This document shows positions 8,780 to 19,353 of a stretch of 64,000 nt of DNA, in pieces. The first letter of the stretch is position 1. Each line of letters begins with the position of its first letter. The DNA is from Firmicutes bacterium UBA5493. GTDB taxonomy: Bacteria; Bacillota; Limnochordia; Darwinibacteriales; Darwinibacteriaceae. Location: NCBI GenBank assembly GCA_002424045.1, contig DIPH01000051.1, positions 65,858-129,857 on the forward strand, given 5' to 3'. The notes under the pieces are model-generated. The model was given only the letters and a program-made list of their open reading frames with translations. It made no database searches and was not told the origin of the DNA. The position numbers and the translations under genes were made by a program.

Positions 8780-9814
8780 TTACACTTCCCCGCCTAACCT
8801 TACATTCCCGTAAGGATCGAAGGTATCCACTGTATCCAACCTAATTTTTACCCTAGTACCTTGCCCCACCTCTGATTCTAAAGTAATGGTGTGGGACAGT
8901 TTGTCTAGAATTCTCTTGCACAAATAGAGTCCAATCCCTGTGGCCCTCTTCTCCATACGGCCAGTATATCCCGTGAACCCTTGCTCAAAAACCCGGGGGA
9001 GGTCTTCCGAAGAAATGCCTATGCCCGTGTCTTCGATCACAAGTATCTTCTTTTCCCGATCCTCCAGGTAAATGGAGATGGTCCCCTCCTTGGTGTATTT
9101 CAAGGCATTCGACAAGACCTGACCAATCACGAAGACGAGCCATTTTTCGTCAGTGAGCACTTCGCAGTCCAGCTCCTGAAAGTCCAGTCGTATTTTCTGG
9201 CGAATAAACAACTTGGCGTAGCGATGAACCACCTGCCGCACTATGGTATCAAGGCTATAACGCTTGAGTACAAAGTCGGTGGAAGGGCTTTCTACCCGCA
9301 AATACTGCAAAACCATGTCGGCATACTGCTCGATCTTGAAAAGTTCCATCAGAAGTTCCCTAGAGTCTCCATCGTCCCGGGACTGTAAAGCCAAACGCAT
9401 GGCGGCAATGGGAGTCTTGATTTGGTGGGCCCACAGGGTGTAATATTCCACAAGATCCCTACGATTTCTCTCGGAAGAGGAAGAAAGTTGACGTTTGTCC
9501 TCGAACAAAATGGCGACCAACTCCTGATAACCCTCTTCCAACAAACACTTCGGTTTTGGAAGGGCAGAAAGCTCCAGGGTAATGCTGCTTTTCAGGGCAT
9601 GCAACGCCTTGTGGCGCCTGCTAAAGGCAGAGAAGTCAAGGACCAAAAGGATGCAACCGATCCAAAGACACAAAAGGACTGCATACCACAGGGGTTCTCT
9701 GGGAAGATCGTACAAAAAGAAGACCGCTGAGAAGATCAAGACAAAGACTGCAAATAGGGCTAGCGTTCTTAGGCGAATTCGTAGATAGGGAAGAATCACG
9801 TTTGTTCTACTCAT
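8780..9814 (-). CDS. Sensor histidine kinase, BceS-like (intramembrane-sensing)
   Basis: Two N-terminal TM helices with almost no extracellular loop. An H-box-like HQIKTPIAAM is followed by an HATPase_c domain (N, G1 DTGIGI, G2 GIGLYL). The gene overlaps the response-regulator gene by 4 bp. Confidence 0.85.
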   Translation of the reverse strand: MSRTNVILPYLRIRLRTLALFAVFVLIFSAVFFLYDLPREPLWYAVLLCLWIGCILLVLDFSAFSRRHKALHALKSSITLELSALPKPKCLLEEGYQELVAILFEDKRQLSSSSERNRRDLVEYYTLWAHQIKTPIAAMRLALQSRDDGDSRELLMELFKIEQYADMVLQYLRVESPSTDFVLKRYSLDTIVRQVVHRYAKLFIRQKIRLDFQELDCEVLTDEKWLVFVIGQVLSNALKYTKEGTISIYLEDREKKILVIEDTGIGISSEDLPRVFEQGFTGYTGRMEKRATGIGLYLCKRILDKLSHTITLESEVGQGTRVKIRLDTVDTFDPYGNVRLGGEV

Positions 9815-10482
9815 TTCACCCCATACCCCATACCCTTTTTTGTGGTAATAAAGTCAGTTAGGCCCAGGGCTTCGAGTTTGCGTCGCAGTCTGGTGATATT
9901 GACCGTCAGAGTGTTATCATCCACATAACTGTCTGTTTCCCAAAGCATTGTCATGAGGGATTCCCTCGTAACCACCCTCCCGTTGTTCTCCATAAGCATC
10001 TTTAAGATCTTGAATTCATTGCGCGTCAAATCTATCTGCTCACCCTGATAGATCAGGGTAGCATCGCTGGTATTTAGAATTGCTCCCTTATGCTCAAAAA
10101 GGTTCGTCTGCCCTGAAAAGTCATAGGTGCGGCGGAGCATGGCCTGAACCTTGGCGGTCAAGACAGATAGATCAAAGGGCTTGGCAATGAAATCGTCACC
10201 GCCCATGTTCATGGCCATGACAATATTCATGTTATCAGACGCCGAGGAGATGAAGATGATGGGAACCTTGGAGACTTTGCGAATTTCACTGCACCAATGG
10301 TAGCCATTGTAAAAGGGGAGGGAAATATCGAGCAAGACCAGCTGGGGGTGGAAGGCGACAAAAAGAGACAGTACGTCTCTAAAGTCCGTGACGCACTTCA
10401 CTTCATAACCCCAGCTTGCAATATGCTTTTCCATCGTCTTGGCGATGATAGCGTCATCTTCCACAATGAGAATCCGGTACAT
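9811..10482 (-). CDS. Response regulator, OmpR family (BceR-like)
   Basis: A receiver domain (MYRILIVEDD ... LLDISLP) plus a C-terminal winged-helix trans_reg_C domain. It is the first gene of the RR-HK-ABC operon. Confidence 0.9.
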   Translation of the reverse strand: MYRILIVEDDAIIAKTMEKHIASWGYEVKCVTDFRDVLSLFVAFHPQLVLLDISLPFYNGYHWCSEIRKVSKVPIIFISSASDNMNIVMAMNMGGDDFIAKPFDLSVLTAKVQAMLRRTYDFSGQTNLFEHKGAILNTSDATLIYQGEQIDLTRNEFKILKMLMENNGRVVTRESLMTMLWETDSYVDDNTLTVNITRLRRKLEALGLTDFITTKKGMGYGVK

Positions 10483-10504
10483 AGGTAAGCCCCCAACATC
10501 TTCC

Positions 10505-11530
10505 TTACAAGAGTTTCGTCAAGTCGGCAATAAATTCATCCACGGCACTTTCTCTTGTGGCCCAGGATGTGACTAAGCGCACCATGGAATGGTCCCCATC
10601 CACCCGCTTCTGGACCTCAAAGGAGTAGTTCTTTTCCAGTTCTGAAATGACCCCGTTAGGCATAATGGGAAAGAGCTGGTTGGACGGTGAGTGCAGTAAA
10701 AGTGGGCAACCCAAGGAAACCAAGGTATCTTGAATTTTCGCTGCCATCGAATTAGCGTGCTCGGCGAGCTCAAAAAACAAGTTGTCACGAAATAGTTCTC
10801 TAAACTGAATCCCTAGCAAACGGCCCTTGGCCAGCAAAGCACCCTTTTGCTTGATATGAAAACGGAAGTCTTCCTTCAAACTGTCGGTACAGATCACCAG
10901 GGCTTCTCCAATTAATGCGCCGTTCTTGGTTCCCCCAATATAAAAGGCGTCTACTAAGGTAGAAATCTCCCTAAGGGTGAGATCGTTCTTGGACGAGGTC
11001 AAGGCCGAGCCGAGCCTGGCACCATCCATGAACAGAAGAAGTTTGTGCTCACGGCACACCTCACTTAGGGCCTTAAGCTCGGCCTTGGTGTAGATAGAGC
11101 CTAGTTCGGTGGCGTTTGAGATATAAACGAGTCTTGGTTTTACCATATGCTCATCTGTATGGGCCCCGACCGCTTCCTTAACGTCAGAGGGACTGAGTTT
11201 TCCCTCAGTTCCTACCATCGTGATAATCTTATGTCCAGTAGCCTCGATAGCTCCCGTTTCGTGGACCTCAACATGTCCTGTCAGAGGGGCGATGACTGCC
11301 TCATGGGGCCTGAGAAAGGCGGAAATAGCGATGAGGTTGGTCTGTGTTCCCCCTGGTATGAGGTGGATGTCCACATCTTCGCGGCCTAGTTTCTTTTTAA
11401 TCAGATCCGCTGCTTCTAGGGAAAACTTGTCCTCTCCGTAGCCAATCGTCTGCTCTAGATTGGTTTCCACAAGAGCTTTAAGAATTTGGGGGTGTGCTCC
11501 TTCACTGTAATCGTTCGTAAACCTATACAT
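10505..11530 (-). CDS. ltaE: Low-specificity L-threonine aldolase (beta-eliminating lyase family, PLP-dependent)
   Basis: MYRFTNDYSEGAHPQIL...GGTQTNLIAISAFLRPHEAVI matches the threonine aldolase N-terminus and the PLP-fold region. The start is set at the ATG (11530) preceded by GGAGG with a 7-nt spacer. Confidence 0.75.
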   Translation of the reverse strand: MYRFTNDYSEGAHPQILKALVETNLEQTIGYGEDKFSLEAADLIKKKLGREDVDIHLIPGGTQTNLIAISAFLRPHEAVIAPLTGHVEVHETGAIEATGHKIITMVGTEGKLSPSDVKEAVGAHTDEHMVKPRLVYISNATELGSIYTKAELKALSEVCREHKLLLFMDGARLGSALTSSKNDLTLREISTLVDAFYIGGTKNGALIGEALVICTDSLKEDFRFHIKQKGALLAKGRLLGIQFRELFRDNLFFELAEHANSMAAKIQDTLVSLGCPLLLHSPSNQLFPIMPNGVISELEKNYSFEVQKRVDGDHSMVRLVTSWATRESAVDEFIADLTKLL

Positions 11531-11670
11531 ATAACAGCCTCCACTCGAAAGTAATGGTCTACCTTGGATTTTCGCCACAGGATGAAGAAGACCTTTTTGT
11601 CCATGGCTTGTGATTTAAGCCAATCCTCATTTCGTCAAATTGTGTGAGGGATTGTCCCTCAAATGGGCTC

Positions 11671-12972
11671 TCAAATGAGAATCAACTCTTCTTGACGACC
11701 ATCGATGAAGTCTGCGGTTCCGTCTTTGCAGATCACTTCTTCCAAGTACATGTAGACAAGCTGTTCGTCCCAGGCTTTGATTTTACCTGAGACATTGAGT
11801 TCCAGGGCATAGCAGGTCTGATCGTGGATAGGACGCTCCCCGGTTATGGGAATAAAAGCCTGCTGGTCATACTTTCCAATGGTTGGACCAGCCCCGTGGC
11901 CGAATGTTCCTAGAGGATGGGTGTACACCATGGCTTGGATACCCTCGGCTTTCGCCATCTCCAACGATTCAAAGAAGGCATCATTACCCGTTGAAGACCT
12001 TCCAATCCTCTCCCTTACTATATCCTGTAGCCTCTTACCCTGGACGAAAAGGGCCGATAATTCTTGGTGTTCCTTGGTTTCCCTACTTTTCAGTATATAG
12101 GCCATCCACTGCATATCGGTATGGAGCTGAATGTACGTCCCCTTCAGACCTATGTCGCAATGGATTAGATCACCGGGAAGGATCACTTCGTTCACCATCA
12201 TGGGGTTACCACTACCCTGACGCTGAAGATTAACATCGGGTCCGAACCAATAGTGAAATCCCAAACGATTGATGACATCCCTCATAAACCACTCCACGTC
12301 CGTTGTTGTGGTTTCTCCTACGCGAATGAACTGTTTGGAGAAGGAGTACTTGATAATATCATGGGTCATACTTGCCAGAATCTTCATGGTCTGTTTTTCC
12401 AGGGGAGATACTCTTTGGAGCCAAAGAAGGGAAAGAGCATCACCATCTTGAACCTTTGAAGTATTTTCTCCCAGGGCCACTTGCAGATGTTCGTACATCG
12501 TCGATGAGAGTCCGTCACAAAAACCATCTTCATTACTTCTGTTGATGGCGATCCGGTCTGGATTACACTCCCTTACAACTCTCCCGATGGCTTCCCAAAT
12601 GTCTTCATCGGGGTTTTGTGCCTGCTCGTAGATACTCTTCATCACTGGAGAGCTGCGCCCGATGACCATTTTGCGAATGATCCCCGTTTTTTTATCCCTG
12701 TGGAAGGCTAAGATCCCCGTTCTTCTCACGTCAATCATGTCCCAAGGATAGAGGGTTTTCAGTACGGGATCCATGCAATTTTCCCGGGCCGCTATGATCC
12801 AAAAGTCAAATCCCGACTCTTCCATAGCCCAAGGAAGAACAACCTCGAGCCTTTCTTTGAGAATCCTGGTGCTTAGCTCTGCCTGCTTTCTCAAGGGCAA
12901 AAGACCCTCTGTGATAAGTTTTTCTTCAATCTGCTTGACTAGATCTTCGTGCATGTGGCACCTCATTTCCAA
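11671..12972 (-). CDS. M24-family metallopeptidase (Xaa-Pro aminopeptidase/creatinase-like)
   Basis: A creatinase-like N-terminal domain is followed by a pita-bread catalytic domain with ligand motifs (HCDIGL ... HPLGTFGHGAGP ... E ... E). The start could instead be MHEDL, 6 codons in. Confidence 0.7.
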   Translation of the reverse strand: MEMRCHMHEDLVKQIEEKLITEGLLPLRKQAELSTRILKERLEVVLPWAMEESGFDFWIIAARENCMDPVLKTLYPWDMIDVRRTGILAFHRDKKTGIIRKMVIGRSSPVMKSIYEQAQNPDEDIWEAIGRVVRECNPDRIAINRSNEDGFCDGLSSTMYEHLQVALGENTSKVQDGDALSLLWLQRVSPLEKQTMKILASMTHDIIKYSFSKQFIRVGETTTTDVEWFMRDVINRLGFHYWFGPDVNLQRQGSGNPMMVNEVILPGDLIHCDIGLKGTYIQLHTDMQWMAYILKSRETKEHQELSALFVQGKRLQDIVRERIGRSSTGNDAFFESLEMAKAEGIQAMVYTHPLGTFGHGAGPTIGKYDQQAFIPITGERPIHDQTCYALELNVSGKIKAWDEQLVYMYLEEVICKDGTADFIDGRQEELILI

Positions 12973-13464
12973 TCACACAATTGTCGCCAATGGTCACCCC
13001 CGGGCAGACAACCATATTGGCACCAAGCCAACAGTCATTGCCAATCGTCACTGGCTTAGCATAACACATATGCTTGATTTTCCCGTCCTTATCCATGATT
13101 CCGCGGCGTTCGTCTGGAAGCATGGGATGAACTGGAGTTACAATAGTCACATTGGTCCAAAGCTGCAGTGGTCGCCAATCTGGACTCTCGCGTCATCTTG
13201 GATGGTCAAATTGAAGTTCCCAAAAAAGTTTCTACCGATTGTGGTATGAATTCCATAATGGATGAAAATCGGCCCTTGAATGAAGCCGCCCGCGCCGAAG
13301 GAGGCAAAAATCTCCCCAATTAGCTTGGCCCTTCGTTCCACTTCATCTTCGAAGGTGAGATTGTACTCAGAACACAAATTATGTGTCTTAAGCTTGATCT
13401 CCCTCAAACTTGTATCTCCGGGCGCAAATAAGACGCCCGCGAAAATCTTTTTCTCTTCACGCAT
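12926..13464 (-). pseudogene. Maltose/galactoside O-acetyltransferase (hexapeptide-repeat, Maa/LacA family) disrupted by a frameshift near 13147-13150
   Basis: The N-terminal ORF (13147-13464) reads ...FGNFNLTIQDDARVQIGDHCSFGPM then stop. The next frame resumes MTIVTPVHPMLPDERR...AKPVTIGNDCWLGANMVVCPGVTIGDNCVIGN, which is the Maa C-terminus. The 3' end also overlaps the start of the M24 gene. Confidence 0.7.
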
Positions 13465-13552
13465 TCTTCTTCCTCCTTGATCCCCTGTACGTTTTCATCA
13501 CATCAACACGCAGGAAAAACCTGGTTATTGACGAAAGAGCAACACATATCTA

Positions 13553-14596
13553 TTGGGAAAGACTCTACCACAAAAGAATCTATTGGAAAGAAGGGATACT
13601 GTGCTGAAAATTGCCATGCTCGGTGCCTGGCATGTCCATGCTCCCGATTATGCCGCGGAAGTCAGAGCTCACCCAGAGACGGAGATCGCTCTTGTCTGGG
13701 ATAATCATGCCCCGAGGGGTGAAAAGTTCGCCAAGAGTCTCGGGGTTCCGTTCGAAGCTGACTTAACGAAGGTTCTCGAGGATCCAGACATTCATGGTGT
13801 TGTCATTAATACGCCTACAAACCTCCACCGCGATGTGATCATCGAGGCAGCTCGGGCCGGCAAGCATGTTTTCACCGAAAAGGTCTTAACTTCAACTCTA
13901 GCCGAAGCCATGGAAGTGGCAAGCGCCATTCGGGGAGCCGACATCAAGTTTACGATCTCTTTTCCCCATCGCACGATGCCCCACAATCTCTTTGCCAAAA
14001 AGGCGGTGGAAAAAGGTTGGCTGGGTGAGATTTCTCTCTTGCGCATCCGAAATGCCCATAATGGAACAGTGGCAAATTGGTTGCCAGAACACTTTTATGA
14101 CCGCAACGAATGTGGCGGCGGGGCCATGATCGACCTCGGTGCCCACGGAATGTACCTCAGTACCTGGTTACTCGGGAAACCAAAGCGCATTTCCTCTATG
14201 TTTAGTCATGTAACGGGCAAGGATGTAGAAGATAACGCTGTTGCTGTCATTGAGTTTGAAACAGGAGCAACTGCGATCAACGAAACCTCATTTCTGTCTT
14301 CCCATAGTCCATTTTCATTGGAACTCTATGGGACGGAGGGGAGTCTTTACATCGGTGGACCTGAAGGAAAGGTGCGCCTCAACTCACCTTTAGTACAAGG
14401 GGAAATTGAGGGCTGGATTCAGCCCAGCCAGCTTCCCAAAGCCCTTCCCACGCCTCTTGAGCAGTGGGTTGGAGCCATTCTTCGTGATGAACCGAATTAC
14501 TTTAGTATCGATAGTGCCGTCGCCCTTACAGAGTTGATGGATGGGGCCTACCGTTCCCATAATCTCCGACGTCAGATCATGTTCCCCCTGACCTAA
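13553..14596 (+). CDS. Gfo/Idh/MocA-family NAD(P)-dependent oxidoreductase
   Basis: Rossmann N-terminus LKIAMLGAWHVHAPDYAAE... plus the C-terminal alpha/beta domain. The likely true start is the GTG at 13601, preceded by GGAAAGAAGGGA. Confidence 0.85.
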   Translation: MGKTLPQKNLLERRDTVLKIAMLGAWHVHAPDYAAEVRAHPETEIALVWDNHAPRGEKFAKSLGVPFEADLTKVLEDPDIHGVVINTPTNLHRDVIIEAARAGKHVFTEKVLTSTLAEAMEVASAIRGADIKFTISFPHRTMPHNLFAKKAVEKGWLGEISLLRIRNAHNGTVANWLPEHFYDRNECGGGAMIDLGAHGMYLSTWLLGKPKRISSMFSHVTGKDVEDNAVAVIEFETGATAINETSFLSSHSPFSLELYGTEGSLYIGGPEGKVRLNSPLVQGEIEGWIQPSQLPKALPTPLEQWVGAILRDEPNYFSIDSAVALTELMDGAYRSHNLRRQIMFPLT

Positions 14597-14631
14597 AAAT
14601 ACCATCGCATTATCTAGAGGAGTTGTCAACC

Positions 14632-15108
14632 ATGCCAGATATGTTAGTCAAACTCTATGAGTTACCTAGGCTTGACCCGATCATGCAGGTGATGGAGGAG
14701 CGGGGTATTACAATTCGCCTGGGGCTGCCACCAGAAAAGCGCATAGTCGTGGATTGGATTCGGGAGCATTTTGGCGAACAATGGGCTAGCGAAGCGGATG
14801 TGGCCTTTACCAGTAAACCCAGTTCCATCTATTTAGCGGTAGACAACAAACCGGGACAGCTGGCGGGATTTGGTTGTTATGAAACGACCTGTAAGTCTTT
14901 CTTTGGCCCCACCGGAGTCCATCCCGATTACCGGGGAAGAGGAATCGGGAAAGCTTTGCTCTTAGCCTGCTTACATGGTTTGGCTCATCTGGGATACGCC
15001 TATGCTGTGATAGGTGGCGCTGGCCCCATGGAGTTTTATAGGAAGAGTGTGGGGGCCATAGAAATCCCTGACTCGGTACCCGGGGTTTACAAAGGTATGT
15101 TGCGATAA
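14632..15108 (+). CDS. GNAT-family N-acetyltransferase
   Basis: The acetyl-CoA binding motif HPDYRGRGIGKALL is present. The protein is about 160 aa. A palindromic hairpin follows the stop codon. Confidence 0.8.
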   Translation: MPDMLVKLYELPRLDPIMQVMEERGITIRLGLPPEKRIVVDWIREHFGEQWASEADVAFTSKPSSIYLAVDNKPGQLAGFGCYETTCKSFFGPTGVHPDYRGRGIGKALLLACLHGLAHLGYAYAVIGGAGPMEFYRKSVGAIEIPDSVPGVYKGMLR

Positions 15109-15365
15109 TGAGGGGCAGTCCCCTAATTAGGGAGGAATTCTGCTTAGTTTATAGAATTAGTAAAATATAACAAACACATAACAATATACTCCACTAGAAC
15201 ATCGAAGCCACGTTTGCAGAAATATGGCTTATTTTGCGTATCTGCGAAGATTTGCTGCTACTACTGTTGTCAGAATAGGCGAAAAAAAGCGAGCGGAGGT
15301 GATCCGAAAAGACGAAAAAACGGTGGGTTTGAAAGGCGGAACAACAAGAAGATGGAGGGATAGAC

Positions 15366-16625
15366 GTGAAAACGCTTAAATGGCTCAAAGCTGCTACTGT
15401 CTGTGCAGCGCTCATTTTGACACTAGGTACAATTGCCAGTGCCGCCATAGGCGGAGAGCTCGAAATCTTCTCTTGGTGGGCTGGAGATGAAGGTCCTGCC
15501 CTGGAAGCTCTAATCGAGCTATACGAATCCAAGTATCCGGAAGTCACAGTGATCAATGCAACTGTAACAGGCGGATCGGGAGTGAATGCCAAAGCTGTAC
15601 TGAAGACGAGAATGCTGGGCGGAGATCCGCCAGATGCGTTCCAAGTCCACGCTGGTCAGGAACTGATCGGCACCTGGGTTGTGGCACAAAGAATGGAAGA
15701 CCTAACCTGGCTTTTTGAAGAAGAGGGCTGGTTTGAAGTGTTTCCAGACGACTTATTTGATTTGCTCAGCACAGAAGAGGGAATCTGGTCAGTCCCTGTT
15801 AACATCCACCGCTCCAACGTTCTCTATTTCATACCAGAGAACCTTGAAAGATGGGGTGTGGAAGCTCCGAGCACATGGGATGAGTTTCTGGAAATTGCAC
15901 CAAAACTTATGAACCAGGGAGTCATCCCCATGTCTCTTGGTGAGAACTGGACAGCAACTCACCTTTGGGAAAGTGTGGCTTTGAGTGAGCTTGGTCCCGA
16001 TAAATATGGCGATTTGTGGAATGGTGAACTTTCCTGGACAAGTCCCGAGGTAGTTGGAGTATGGGAACTGTTTGGGGAAATCTTGGAGTACACCAATCCC
16101 GATGCTCCTTCCCTGTCGTGGCAGCAGGCCACCGATATGATCGTTGAAGGCCAGGCCGCCTTCAATATCATGGGAGACTGGGCCTCTGGTTATCTGTCTG
16201 TTACGCTCAATGTTCAGCCAGTAACCGGATATGGATGGGCAGCATCGCCAGGTACAGAAGGTATGTTCATGGCTTTATCCGACTCTTTCGGCTTGCCTGT
16301 GGGTAGCCCTAATCGGGACAATACCATAGCATGGCTGAAGACCATTGGCGGCCTTGATGGCCAAGATAGCTTTAATCCGCTCAAGGGTTCTATCAGCGCT
16401 AGAATTGACTCCGATCTAACCAAATACGATCTCTATCTGCAAAGTGCAGCCAGCGATTATCAAACCGGTCAGATTGTAGGGTCCTTAGCGCATGGAGTTG
16501 TCGCTAACGAAAGATTCATGAACGACTTTGCTACGGTAATGGACATATTCTTGGCAAACAAAGACGCCAGGGCAGCTGCCAACGCTGCACATATTGTGGC
16601 AATCCAAAGTGGAATGACGAAGTAA
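15366..16625 (+). CDS. ABC transporter substrate-binding protein, family 1 (carbohydrate)
   Basis: GTG start with GATGGAGGGA RBS. Signal peptide MKTLKWLKAATVCAALILTLGTIASA. The fold resembles MalE/UgpB. Confidence 0.85.
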   Translation: MKTLKWLKAATVCAALILTLGTIASAAIGGELEIFSWWAGDEGPALEALIELYESKYPEVTVINATVTGGSGVNAKAVLKTRMLGGDPPDAFQVHAGQELIGTWVVAQRMEDLTWLFEEEGWFEVFPDDLFDLLSTEEGIWSVPVNIHRSNVLYFIPENLERWGVEAPSTWDEFLEIAPKLMNQGVIPMSLGENWTATHLWESVALSELGPDKYGDLWNGELSWTSPEVVGVWELFGEILEYTNPDAPSLSWQQATDMIVEGQAAFNIMGDWASGYLSVTLNVQPVTGYGWAASPGTEGMFMALSDSFGLPVGSPNRDNTIAWLKTIGGLDGQDSFNPLKGSISARIDSDLTKYDLYLQSAASDYQTGQIVGSLAHGVVANERFMNDFATVMDIFLANKDARAAANAAHIVAIQSGMTK

Positions 16626-16731
16626 GCGAGAGGAACAAGGAGACAGCCCGTCACCCCTCGGTGGCGGGCTTATCGTGACGCCACACTTGGCGACAGTTAC
16701 CCTTCAATCTACGAGAAAGGACTGAAAGGAT

Positions 16732-17838
16732 ATGCGGTCACGCCGGGAACAGTTAATGGCGGCTCTCACCATCTTGCCATCCATTGCGTTATTAGGAATC
16801 TTTGTCTACGGGTTTATTGGGAACTCCATCCACATGTCAACAACCGATTGGGGTCAAGAAGCTGCCATGTCGCTGACCCCCAACATACAAAGCGTAGGGA
16901 TGGACAATTACCGCGACCTCTTCACTGGCTTTTTAAACGTTCGCTTTAGGCAAGACCTCGTAAACATGTTTTTCTTCACACTACTTTTCGTTGGCCTTTC
17001 CCTATTAATAGGGCTGTTTCTAGCCACCCTCATTGACCAGCTCATCTGGGGTGAGACATTTTTCCGCACAGTCTTTTTGTATCCCATGTCTCTTTCTATG
17101 GTGGTCACCGGAACCATTTGGCGCTGGATATTGCAACCCAGAGGAGGTATAAACATTTTGCCTACCTTAATTGGGCTTCCGCCAGGCGAGTTTCTGTGGC
17201 TATCCAGCAGAACCCAAACTTTGGTATTTGACTGGTCTCATATTTTTCATTATATCTGTCTAATACTGCTAATCGCGGTTGCTGTGAGCACCTATGGCCA
17301 ATGGCGCCGACGAGAAAACAAGAACCTCGCCCGTAAGCTGGTTCTCTGTGCTGTACTCATGGGCATTTTCCTCAGCGGTATCTTAACTCGTATCGGGCTT
17401 CTTAATTTCCCAGAGGCCCATGGCTTCAACGAAGCTCTGTGGGGCGTGGTGCTCGCCGCCGTCTGGCAGATGTCAGGTTATACTATGGCTCTGTACCTCG
17501 CGGGGCTACGCACCATACCCCATGAACTTCGCGAGGCTGCTAGGGTTGACGGAGGTAGCGAGTTTCAGATTTACAGGTATGTGGACCTGCCGCTACTCAA
17601 GCCCATTACGGCTAGCGCCATCGTGATCTTAGGACATATTGCGCTCAAAATCTTTGACCTTATCTTTGCGATCGCCGGACCTGATCACTATCCCACTTCA
17701 ATGCCTGCCATAACTATGTTTCTAAAAACATTTCGCGGTAACGAACTCGCAGTTGGGTCTGCTATAGGAGTTATCTTATTCTTGATAGTCTCGCTTTTGA
17801 TCGTCCCTTACTTAGTTGTTTCGTTCAGGGAGGAATGA
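16732..17838 (+). CDS. ABC transporter permease (MalF/UgpA-like, sugar)
   Basis: Six TM helices and the EAA loop ([27 protein letters not shown]). Confidence 0.85.
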   Translation: MRSRREQLMAALTILPSIALLGIFVYGFIGNSIHMSTTDWGQEAAMSLTPNIQSVGMDNYRDLFTGFLNVRFRQDLVNMFFFTLLFVGLSLLIGLFLATLIDQLIWGETFFRTVFLYPMSLSMVVTGTIWRWILQPRGGINILPTLIGLPPGEFLWLSSRTQTLVFDWSHIFHYICLILLIAVAVSTYGQWRRRENKNLARKLVLCAVLMGIFLSGILTRIGLLNFPEAHGFNEALWGVVLAAVWQMSGYTMALYLAGLRTIPHELREAARVDGGSEFQIYRYVDLPLLKPITASAIVILGHIALKIFDLIFAIAGPDHYPTSMPAITMFLKTFRGNELAVGSAIGVILFLIVSLLIVPYLVVSFREE

Positions 17839-17842
17839 CATC

Positions 17843-18664
17843 ATGAGATCTAGAGGAATCCTTGGTGTATCAGCACAAATCCTAGCAATTCTCCTGGCTA
17901 TTGTTTATTTAGTCCCTATCTACATGACGGTTGTTACGAGCCTCAAGGCACCTGGAGAGATCAGCTTGGTAAGTGCCTGGGAGCTACCATCCTCCATAAA
18001 CTGGGCAGGCTACGTAGTAGCTTGGGAGAGATTTGCCCCCAACCTAAGAAATAGTTTTGTGTTAGCAATTGGTGCCACGCTCATTTCCGCGATCATGGGC
18101 TCTTTAAACGGCTATGTGCTCAGTAAATATCGCTTTCCGGGCGCAAAGATTGTTATGCCACTCATTGTATTTGGCATGTTCATTCCCTACCAAAGTGTCT
18201 TGGTGCCCCTTTTCCGGTTTATGCAAAAAACGGGATTGTATGGGGGGCTACCGGGGCTGATCCTTGTCCACGTAGTCTATGGCCTACCCATAACCACCCT
18301 ACTATTTAGAAGTTTTTATCACGAAATACCCAATGAGCTCTTGGATGCCAGCAGTATAGATGGGGCTGGCTTCTTTGGGATATTCCGGTACTTGATTCTG
18401 CCCCTTTCTGGCCCACCCTTTCTAGTAGTCTGCATTTGGCAGTTCACCCAGATCTGGAATGAATTCCTCTTTGCTGTCACGCTAACTCGGCCCAGTTCAC
18501 AACCGATAACAGTGGCCCTGGCCAATCTCGCTGGCGGCCAAGCAGTCTCCTGGAATCTACCCATGGCCGGTTCGGTTCTGGCAGCTTTACCAACGACAAT
18601 CATCTACGTACTCTTGGGCCGTTACTTCGTGCGCGGCCTCTTGGCGGGGGCCTTAAAAGGCTAG
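17843..18664 (+). CDS. ABC transporter permease (MalG/UgpE-like, sugar)
   Basis: EAA loop [30 protein letters not shown] lies 8 nt upstream of the ATG at 17843. The ORF-track start at 17816 lies inside the preceding gene. Confidence 0.85.
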   Translation: MRSRGILGVSAQILAILLAIVYLVPIYMTVVTSLKAPGEISLVSAWELPSSINWAGYVVAWERFAPNLRNSFVLAIGATLISAIMGSLNGYVLSKYRFPGAKIVMPLIVFGMFIPYQSVLVPLFRFMQKTGLYGGLPGLILVHVVYGLPITTLLFRSFYHEIPNELLDASSIDGAGFFGIFRYLILPLSGPPFLVVCIWQFTQIWNEFLFAVTLTRPSSQPITVALANLAGGQAVSWNLPMAGSVLAALPTTIIYVLLGRYFVRGLLAGALKG

Positions 18665-18687
18665 AGACATCTTAAGGGGACTGTTCT

Positions 18688-19326
18688 TCAAACACTGGCT
18701 TTAAGTTGTGCCTGAAGTCTTTCAAAGAACTCCATTTGGAAGGCAATCCGATCTTTCCACAGTTGGGTTCCAGTCTTCGTTGCAAACTCCATGTCCTTAT
18801 ACTTGTTCAACCTATCTAGAACATTGCCCACATATTCCGCCTGTTCTTCGTAGGGTAAGTCTGTAAATGACTTGTTCTTCAAAGTCTCATGAATTCTATA
18901 AACATCGAATCGGTCAATATTGTCGCAGTCGCCTATGCTCAAAGCCAAAGGCGAACGTTCACCAGGAAAATCGGCTTGGTCATCCACATGAATGGCGATC
19001 CCATAACAGATCGCATCGATTTGATCCTGGCGTAGATTCAAAGTTTCCAAGAAAGGCCTTGCCATCTTAGCAGCAGTCCTCCCATGGTTCAACCAGTCAT
19101 CCTCAGAGTCGAAGGTATCCACATAACTTAGATCGTGCAAAAGGCAACCTATAATCAAGGTTTCCTCTTCAAAACCCTCGCCCCTAGCAATCTCCTTGCC
19201 AATATTGGTGACCCTCATGGTATGTTCCAACCTGTATTTCTTATCCATGGGGTTTGCCGACATATACACACTTTGGTCGAATTGATGTTTAAGGAAGTCC
19301 AATGTACGCCTGATATTCTGTTCCAT
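18688..19326 (-). CDS. HD-domain phosphohydrolase
   Basis: H...HD motif (RLEHTMRV ... CLLHDLSY). RBS AAGGAGG. Confidence 0.8.
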   Translation of the reverse strand: MEQNIRRTLDFLKHQFDQSVYMSANPMDKKYRLEHTMRVTNIGKEIARGEGFEEETLIIGCLLHDLSYVDTFDSEDDWLNHGRTAAKMARPFLETLNLRQDQIDAICYGIAIHVDDQADFPGERSPLALSIGDCDNIDRFDVYRIHETLKNKSFTDLPYEEQAEYVGNVLDRLNKYKDMEFATKTGTQLWKDRIAFQMEFFERLQAQLKASV

Positions 19327-19353
19327 GGTGATGATTTTCCTCCTTGTAGTGCC

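Noticed and set aside
15194-15592. 132-aa minus-strand ORF overlapping the start of the sugar-binding protein gene
   Set aside because: It is antisense to a well-supported gene and its upstream region. Its low-complexity Ser/Ala-rich composition is typical of shadow ORFs.
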